From assembly GCA_016700135.1 (NCBI GenBank), contig CP065004.1, forward strand, positions 660,001 to 692,000: a DNA stretch of 32,000 nt. The letters run 5' to 3'. How positions within the stretch are numbered: position 1 is the first letter of the stretch; every line of letters begins with the position of its first letter. The notes under the pieces were generated by a model. The model ran no database searches and was not told where the DNA came from. It saw only the letters and a program-made list of their open reading frames with translations. Origin of the DNA: Candidatus Saccharimonadota bacterium. GTDB taxonomy: Bacteria; Patescibacteriota; Microgenomatia; UBA1406; GWC2-37-13. Positions 16,965 through 23,151 of this stretch are shown piece after piece. The translations under genes were made by a program, and so were the position numbers.

Positions 16965-18032
16965 TTAATAGGTGGGGACAATAATATAAACAATGATACT
17001 CTGATATACTCCTGCAGGAGTGGTGGGATTGGCCGAAACCCGATAATCAACTTCAAACTGTTGTGCAATGATCGGGGTAATAATCGGTCCCGGTGTATCT
17101 ACGATAGGATCGCCAGGAGGTGTCCCTGTAAAGCCGGCATATTTCGGACCTCCGTTCGTGAATCTGTCAGCAGTTCCTCCGGTAAGACTAGTATCTCCGC
17201 TTGAGTAGCCGAAGCCGTATCCGCTCCATACGGTTGGTGAGGAGTTTGGACTGCCGTAGTGAGGTATTGTTTGTGAGTTGGCAGTGAGCGGCTGAGTGGC
17301 AAAACCGTATACAATATAGCCGTTATAGGCATTGGTCGTGGTCGTCATAACTGTGGATTTAGTGTCATCCGTAAAGCTGTTCAGTGAGTTCAGGTCATCA
17401 AAGATGATTGCATCCGAATCTACCCCGAATGACAAAGAGGCAATGGATGTCGTGGCGACAGCTTCAGGGCCCCATCCAGTCTCTGTAAATTCACCCTGTC
17501 GTGCCTTAACTTTAATTTTATATGTGGTATTCGGTTGGAGATTAGTGATGTAAGTTCCTGAAGCTCCTCCCCAGGCTGTGTATGTCAGAAAATCTTCAAG
17601 TCCCAGAGTTGTTCCGATTGATCCGTCACTCTGTATATACCGGATATAGGTCCATGATGTGTCCGATGCTTCCGTTATAGCGACAGCATATGTTGTATCC
17701 GATGGATTGCCCGCCGTGCTTATTATCATGCGGAGACGATCGTAGAGTGAGCCGGGATTATTAAATGTAGGAGCAGGAGGCAACGCAGGCATAATCGTGT
17801 TGGGTAATCCGGGAAGAACTTGGAAATTCGTTGAAGAAGGATCTCCTTGGGAAACTTCACCTAATATACCGAACAGTGAAAAGTTGGTTGAATCTGATTG
17901 CTCTGTCCCACCTGAACCGAATGAATAATCACGTAACTGAAAATTGGTACTTGAGGGAGATGCAGCGTATGTTGCTGCCGTGACCAACAAAAAGCAAACA
18001 ACTATAAAAAGAAGTGCAATTCTTTTTCCCAT
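16965..18032 (-). CDS. Secreted surface protein: SSTNF repeats, fibronectin-III-like domain, WxL-like C-terminal domain
   Basis: I chose the start at MGKRIALLFIVVCFLLVTAATYAAS (signal peptide). It has three SSTNF(Q/S)L motifs and an Fn3-like LQPNTTYKIKVKARQGEFTETGWGPEAVATT. The C-terminus (NGYIVYG.., GYGFGYSSGDTSLTGGTADRF.., PAGVYQSIIVYIIVPTY stop) is homologous to 14062..15210. Confidence 0.7.
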   Translation of the reverse strand: MGKRIALLFIVVCFLLVTAATYAASPSSTNFQLRDYSFGSGGTEQSDSTNFSLFGILGEVSQGDPSSTNFQVLPGLPNTIMPALPPAPTFNNPGSLYDRLRMIISTAGNPSDTTYAVAITEASDTSWTYIRYIQSDGSIGTTLGLEDFLTYTAWGGASGTYITNLQPNTTYKIKVKARQGEFTETGWGPEAVATTSIASLSFGVDSDAIIFDDLNSLNSFTDDTKSTVMTTTTNAYNGYIVYGFATQPLTANSQTIPHYGSPNSSPTVWSGYGFGYSSGDTSLTGGTADRFTNGGPKYAGFTGTPPGDPIVDTPGPIITPIIAQQFEVDYRVSANPTTPAGVYQSIIVYIIVPTY

Positions 18033-18038
18033 ATCTTC

Positions 18039-18044
18039 ATTATA
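18039..18044 (-). promoter_or_regulatory. -10 box TATAAT, 6 nt upstream of the ATG at 18032 (candidate leaderless promoter of the minus-strand surface operon)
   Basis: The minus strand reads ..ttcttttcgtTATAATgaagatATG. TTCGAA lies 17 nt upstream as a weak -35. Confidence 0.4.
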
Positions 18045-18275
18045 ACGAAAAGAAATGAAAGTTCGAAAATTCTCATAATTTTCGATGGTTCTGTTTTGTT
18101 CAAATAATATAAACAAAATACGAACGTTTAAATTGACAGCAATGAATCTTGTAGTGTTTTCTTACATTTCTATATATTTCAAAAAATATGTTGCCCGATC
18201 AACATATTTGTTTGTTTATTGAGGTAATAATTTCGAAATAGGATCAGAACTACCTTCTTATTGTATATATAAGAC

Positions 18276-18305
18276 TTGAAACACACCTGTTTTTGTATCT
18301 ATACT
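18276..18305 (+). promoter_or_regulatory. Sigma70-like promoter of 18327..21164: -35 TTGAAA, 18-bp spacer, -10 TATACT
   Basis: TTGAAA is at 18276..18281 and TATACT at 18300..18305. The ATG is at 18327, with no obvious SD. Confidence 0.4.
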
Positions 18306-18326
18306 GAACTAACGCACTCTGTTCGT

Positions 18327-21164
18327 ATGTTAAACAAAATTGAACAAATAATAAAGAATTGCATATCTGGAAAGGTAATATCCAGATTGTTGACAGTCAT
18401 AATACTGGCAGTCTTTTTTATTGGTTTTATCTTCTTATCAATCCAAACCGTAAGTGCTGCACCGGGTATCCGACAGACAATCAACTTTCAAGGAAAACTT
18501 GTGGACGATGAAGGATTAAATGTTGCGGACAGTACATACAGCATTATATTTACGCTGTATGACGCGTCATCAGGCGGCTCGCAGCTGTGGCAGGAGACCC
18601 GATCAGTTGCTACCAGTGATGGTATTTTCCGTGAAGAACTTGGCACCAGTACAAGTTTGTCTTCTGTTGATTTTAATAGCGATAGCATCTATTTAGGAAT
18701 TAAGGTTGGGGCTGACGCAGAAATGACTCCTCGTGTCAGGTTTACCGCAACACCTTATGCATTCCAGGCACAAAATGTCCCGTGGAGCGGCCTGCAAGAT
18801 GCAGCTGCAAATCTCGCAGTATCTATGGGGTCATATACTTCTGCGTTTACCTACGGGAACAGTACTGGAGCAAATGATCTCTTCAAGCTCGCCGATACGT
18901 CAAGCAATTCCGGGACAGGCAAACTTCTGTCAATTCAAACAGCATCGGGATCATCCGTAAAGCCTTTCCATGTATCTTCTGCCGGAGTAGAAGCAATTTT
19001 GGTTGATGCAAGCGGAAATATCGGAATCGGGACAACCAATCCCTCCCGCAAACTTGATATAAACGGAACTGTGCGTATGCGTGGACAGCTGTATGATTAC
19101 AACGATTCTGTCGGTACCCCGGGACAAGTACTTTCGACCACAGCAACTGGCGTAGAGTGGATCGATGCATCCGGTGTCGGAACTGATGATCAGACACTTG
19201 CAGAAGTGTATGCAGAGGCAGGAAACAGTGTGCAGTTGACAGCAGGGTCAGGAGATATCCGCTTCTACAGAGGAACCAATACTGAGATGCTCTTTTTGGA
19301 TGAAAGCAGTGGGAATGTGGGAGTGGGGACTACGAATCCGAGTATTGGAAAACTTCAAGTTTCTGGAAATATTTATTCTGCTGGTACTATGCAAGTTGTC
19401 AATTCATCAAATAATGGGCTGACGAATCGAGGTTTTGTATTATCACCAGCAGACTATAACGGTGAGAGTACATTTACAGCATGGGGGAATTCAGGAGGAA
19501 CTACTGTCTTTGGCGCTCGAAATACCGGGAGCGGTAACATTACCGCTCAGTTATCTTTTGAACCGGGAGCGGGAATTGTTCGAATTTCGACGGGTACAAC
19601 GTCACCTTCAGAACGAATGAGAATTAATGCATCAGGAGACGTGGGAATCGGTACGACAAATCCGGGGTACAAACTGGATGTGAATGGAGATATCCGGATT
19701 GCAAACGGGAGTGAGTTGTATAGTTATGGATCTGCCACTCTGGGAGACAGGTCATATACAACACCCAGTTATGTGACATCAGGTCAGACTTTCACTGCCT
19801 CGATACAGGCGCTTGATGATGCAGTGGAAGGGGTCATTTCCGGCTCAGGTGGGGTATGGTCGAGAGATTCAGGGAACGGATATCTCTATCCTCAGACGCT
19901 GACAGACAGCGTGGGAATCGGGACATCGACACCTTCAGAAAAATTACATGTGGTAGGGAATATCTTGGCGACAGGAAATATTGTCGGCTCTACACTGTCA
20001 GATGGTACGCTCAGTATTACGGCAGGGAACATTACCGGAGCGGGAAATATTACGGCCGGAGGCATCATTACCGGTACGGGATCAGGGTTGACAGGACTCA
20101 ATGCAAGCAACCTTGCATCAGGCACTGTACCGTCTGCACGTATTTCTGGCAATTACCTCGGTATCACAGGAGTCGGGACAATCACAAGCGGTACCTGGCA
20201 GGGAAGTGTTATTTCTTCTACATATTTGGACACTGCAGTAATCCTTGCCACTGAGATTGATACATCAGCAGAGCTTGCAGGGATCATCGGAGACGAGACA
20301 GGTTCAGGAGCACTGGTATTTGCAAACTCACCGACGTTTGCAGGGAATGTGCTTTTTCCGGGATCCGGAATCTGGGAGTCAACAGGAGATGTGGGAATCG
20401 GTACTACCAATCCAGGATACAAGCTTGATGTAAATGGGGATGTACGTATAGCAAGCGGCAGTGAGCTCTACAGTTACGGTTCGGCCACACTGGGGAATCG
20501 ATCATATACTACACCGACATATGTGGCAAGCGGACAGACATTCACGGCATCAATCCAGGCACTTGATGATGCGGTGGAGGGAGTTATCTCAGGTTCAGGA
20601 GGAGTCTGGTCACGGAATGCGGGGAGCGGATACCTTTTCCCTCAGACATTGACTGACAGTGTAGGTATAGGCACGTCAGTTCCTTCGGAGAAATTGCATG
20701 TCATCGGTAATGCAATCATTTCGGGGAATATCACGTCGGGCGGTATCATTACCGGTACGGGATCAGGGCTCACGGGATTGAATGCCTCAAATCTTGCATC
20801 AGGTACGGTACCTTCTGCACGAATCAGTGGCAATTATTCAGGAATCACGGGAGTAGGGACCATTACGAGCGGGACATGGCAGGGAAGTGTGATCAGTTCG
20901 ACTTATCTTGATCCGGCAGTTATTTTATCTACAGAAATTGACACATCTGCAGAACTTGCCGGAATCATCGGAGATGAGACAGGATCAGGAGCATTGGTAT
21001 TTGCAAATTCACCGGCACTTGTGACACCGAACATCGGAGCAGCAACAGGAACATCCTTAAATGTCACAGGAGCAATTACGGCAGGAGGAATTATCACCGG
21101 TACAGGATCAGGTTTATCTCATCTCAATGCTTCAACTCCCGATAGAGACAGTCGTCCGAAATAA
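18327..21164 (+). CDS. Giant modular fibre/adhesin-like surface protein (about 945 aa), apparently lacking the C-terminal module set of its relatives
   Basis: The ATG at 18327 is followed by a TM/signal (LLTVIILAVFFIGFIFLSIQTVSA). The N-terminal INFQGKL.D..G.....Y...F.LYD...GG..LWQE domain is typical of tail-fibre-like proteins. It has GIGTTNP..KLD(V/I)NG motifs and a tandem repeat of about 250 aa. It ends abruptly within a third repeat copy (..GGIITGTGSGLSHLNAS-TPDRDSRPK stop) and overlaps the convergent gene by 46 nt. Confidence 0.8.
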   Translation: MLNKIEQIIKNCISGKVISRLLTVIILAVFFIGFIFLSIQTVSAAPGIRQTINFQGKLVDDEGLNVADSTYSIIFTLYDASSGGSQLWQETRSVATSDGIFREELGTSTSLSSVDFNSDSIYLGIKVGADAEMTPRVRFTATPYAFQAQNVPWSGLQDAAANLAVSMGSYTSAFTYGNSTGANDLFKLADTSSNSGTGKLLSIQTASGSSVKPFHVSSAGVEAILVDASGNIGIGTTNPSRKLDINGTVRMRGQLYDYNDSVGTPGQVLSTTATGVEWIDASGVGTDDQTLAEVYAEAGNSVQLTAGSGDIRFYRGTNTEMLFLDESSGNVGVGTTNPSIGKLQVSGNIYSAGTMQVVNSSNNGLTNRGFVLSPADYNGESTFTAWGNSGGTTVFGARNTGSGNITAQLSFEPGAGIVRISTGTTSPSERMRINASGDVGIGTTNPGYKLDVNGDIRIANGSELYSYGSATLGDRSYTTPSYVTSGQTFTASIQALDDAVEGVISGSGGVWSRDSGNGYLYPQTLTDSVGIGTSTPSEKLHVVGNILATGNIVGSTLSDGTLSITAGNITGAGNITAGGIITGTGSGLTGLNASNLASGTVPSARISGNYLGITGVGTITSGTWQGSVISSTYLDTAVILATEIDTSAELAGIIGDETGSGALVFANSPTFAGNVLFPGSGIWESTGDVGIGTTNPGYKLDVNGDVRIASGSELYSYGSATLGNRSYTTPTYVASGQTFTASIQALDDAVEGVISGSGGVWSRNAGSGYLFPQTLTDSVGIGTSVPSEKLHVIGNAIISGNITSGGIITGTGSGLTGLNASNLASGTVPSARISGNYSGITGVGTITSGTWQGSVISSTYLDPAVILSTEIDTSAELAGIIGDETGSGALVFANSPALVTPNIGAATGTSLNVTGAITAGGIITGTGSGLSHLNASTPDRDSRPK
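19635..21134 (+). repeat. In-frame tandem repeat inside CDS 18327..21164: unit of about 750 bp, two copies plus a truncated third
   Basis: GDVGIGTTNPGYKLDVNGD(I/V)RIA(N/S)GSELYSYGSATLG.RSYTTP.YV.SGQTFTASIQALDDAVEGVISGSGGVWSR... begins at 19635 and again at 20385. A third GGIITGTGSGL start at 21084 is cut short. The copies are highly similar in protein but heavily diverged at synonymous sites. Confidence 0.85.
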
Positions 21165-21829
21165 CTCAAACTCATAAAGATCGTTATAAGAATGAGGACC
21201 GCACCGGTGGCAAACCTAATGAGAGATGCGGTCGTAAAAAAATTTGCGGTATTGGATGACCCACCTGATTGAGTGCCTGCAGCGGAAGGATTATTGTCGT
21301 TTGTAGGCCGGACGACCACGCGAATTTTACTGATGACCTGTTCATTATCAGCAGCTTCCTGCACATCCACGTCCTCTGCAGCAGTACCGAGGACCGGGCC
21401 TGCACCCGTTGCCTTCATGCCGACTCCTTCCCAGGGAGACGATGTTATGTAGTCTCCTTTTTTGATGGGACCGTTTGCCAATGATACCCAGACAGATGCT
21501 TCACCGCTTGTTGCAAGGGGATAGGTTCCTTCAGCATCTCCTGTATTCAACTCAATTGCAGGATTTTCCGTCACCACACCAATAATGTTCTTCTGATATG
21601 CTTCGGTTGTCACCACGTACCCTTCATCGGTTGTGGCAATAATATATCCGTCTAGTACTGAATCTCCGTCGATAGGTACTCGTGTGCTGAATCCGAAAGA
21701 AGTATTCTGCGCATTTACAATTATTACGTCAGGAAAAAATACATGGAAAAGAGCTAAAAGAATACCTATCAAAAATATGTACGGACGTATTATTTTAAAA
21801 ATTAGCCCATTTTGATACATAAATTTCAT
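21119..21829 (-). CDS. Small membrane protein carrying the GDYITSS..GVGMKAT module; paralogue of 31162..31959, C-terminally shorter
   Basis: I chose the start at MKFMYQNG.. (ATG 21829), because the upstream MPYVWNSY.. residues are encoded by the IS end. It has an N-terminal TM/signal (IFLIGILLALFHVFF). The module is ..NIIGVVTENPAIEL..TYPLATSGEASVWVSLANGPIKKGDYITSSPWEGVGMKATGAGPVLGTAAED. It has one C-terminal hydrophobic helix and ends at ..GVEALR, where the paralogue continues. Confidence 0.7.
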   Translation of the reverse strand: MKFMYQNGLIFKIIRPYIFLIGILLALFHVFFPDVIIVNAQNTSFGFSTRVPIDGDSVLDGYIIATTDEGYVVTTEAYQKNIIGVVTENPAIELNTGDAEGTYPLATSGEASVWVSLANGPIKKGDYITSSPWEGVGMKATGAGPVLGTAAEDVDVQEAADNEQVISKIRVVVRPTNDNNPSAAGTQSGGSSNTANFFTTASLIRFATGAVLILITIFMSLSYFGRLSLSGVEALR

Positions 21830-22935
21830 TCTAGTATAAATCCGAAAAGAAGTATAGGTCTTGTATGAGTTCCATACATATGGCACTCTTTAGGTAAAAT
21901 AGATAATAGGTAATCCATAGGTGAAATATTGTTCAGGCTTTTGTGAACTCGCTTTGTATTGTACCAGACGAGGTATTCAATAAGGTGACGATTGAATGAT
22001 CCGATACCGGTCCACTTGGTATAGATGTAGGGGTTCATAAATTCTTCCTGGAGTGTTCTGTTTGCTCGCTCAATAAAGGCATTGATCTTGGGACATCTGG
22101 GGTAGATAAAGAGGTGTGGGATATTGTTTTCTTCCAGATAGTCATGGAAGTTTCCCAGATACTCGAGGCCGTTATCTGTTTGTATGGTTTTTATACCATC
22201 TTGTATTGGGTATACTAGTTCCAGTCTTCTCATAAAATCAGCACCGTTTCGGCTGTTGAGTTTTGAGTATCCGTAGGAGAACTGGAATTTGAGTTTGATG
22301 TCCACTGCATTGAAGACATACAGCTTGATTCCGTGTACAAACTTCGTGATGGTATCAATCTCAATGTATCCGGTATCTTCCACCTTGGGAGACCGCTTGA
22401 CCTTCTGTCGGTACTTTACTTTCCGTTTTGCAAAGCCACTTGCTGGATTGTGATAGATCCGGTAGGTCTTGCGCTGCAGGTTGTGTCTTTTGATCACTTT
22501 TCCAATGGTTGACTCAGATATAGTTGAAATTCCTTCCTGTAGGCAATACTCATCAAGTAAGGGCTTGATCTTCTCCTTTCCCAAACAAAAGTATTGTTCT
22601 CGAATCTCTTTGATAAAGGATATGACCTTCGGGTGAGTCTCCATACGTCGGGGTGTCTTTGGCTTGGTTGTCTCTGGTATCAGGCTATCCAACTGCCCTT
22701 CTGAATCTCGCCGTCTCTTCCTCCATCGAAACAATGTCCTTCGTGATATCCCATATGCATCAACTGCAGCTTGTATCCCGTACTTCTCTGCAAATGTCAG
22801 AACATCGTTTCTGATTTGTGCTACATCTGACTGATTGTAGTCTGATAGAGATCGTATCTTTTTCATAAGATCTCTATTGTACTGCCAGTCATAACTCCTA
22901 ATTACTCGAAGCTGATCTCCTCCCCATTTACTCAT
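21826..22935 (-). CDS. IS481/IS3-like DDE transposase, copy 2 (369 aa; C-terminal tail encoded by flanking DNA)
   Basis: It matches ORF 5247..6329 through ..CHMYGTHT, then diverges (RPILLFGFILE versus KR) because the ORF runs out of the element. Its TGA stop (21828..21826) overlaps the ATG (21829..21827) of the downstream gene. Confidence 0.9.
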   Translation of the reverse strand: MSKWGGDQLRVIRSYDWQYNRDLMKKIRSLSDYNQSDVAQIRNDVLTFAEKYGIQAAVDAYGISRRTLFRWRKRRRDSEGQLDSLIPETTKPKTPRRMETHPKVISFIKEIREQYFCLGKEKIKPLLDEYCLQEGISTISESTIGKVIKRHNLQRKTYRIYHNPASGFAKRKVKYRQKVKRSPKVEDTGYIEIDTITKFVHGIKLYVFNAVDIKLKFQFSYGYSKLNSRNGADFMRRLELVYPIQDGIKTIQTDNGLEYLGNFHDYLEENNIPHLFIYPRCPKINAFIERANRTLQEEFMNPYIYTKWTGIGSFNRHLIEYLVWYNTKRVHKSLNNISPMDYLLSILPKECHMYGTHTRPILLFGFILE

Positions 22936-22980
22936 AGATGTTAGTTCCCTATGAGTGCCATATCTTTCGTAACTTATTCA
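21862..22980 (-). mobile_element. IS481-family-like insertion sequence, copy 2 (1119 bp, inverted relative to copy 1)
   Basis: It is the reverse complement of 5202..6320. All stretches I compared by eye were identical, and the encoded proteins are identical. It is flanked by its own 5-bp direct repeat GGTCT (21857..21861 and 22981..22985). Confidence 0.85.
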
Positions 22981-23151
22981 GGTCTTCTTGCAAAATACCA
23001 CATATAAATTTCTAAATGAGCAATATAAAAAATGTCTTCATAAATTGATAATTGAATATATATGTTCAATAAAATAGTTCAAAATAACTTCCTTCTTAAT
23101 ATATATATTGCAACGTCTACAAAATTATGTAATACTGAATTTGTAGAGGGT

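Noticed and set aside
18033-18326. Upstream TTG or other extended starts listed in the ORF track (18276, 18116, 17068, 23062, 31992)
   Set aside because: The extensions precede clear signal peptides, lack ribosome-binding or promoter logic, and in one case (18276) coincide with the -35 box. Downstream ATGs give canonical N-terminal signal anchors.
5202-22980. A composite transposon formed by the two IS481-like copies
   Set aside because: Each copy has its own matching 5-bp duplication (AAGAG, GGTCT) and the outer flanks do not match each other. The enclosed DNA carries essential genes (tyrS, leuS, tRNA-Lys). Two independent insertions explain this better.
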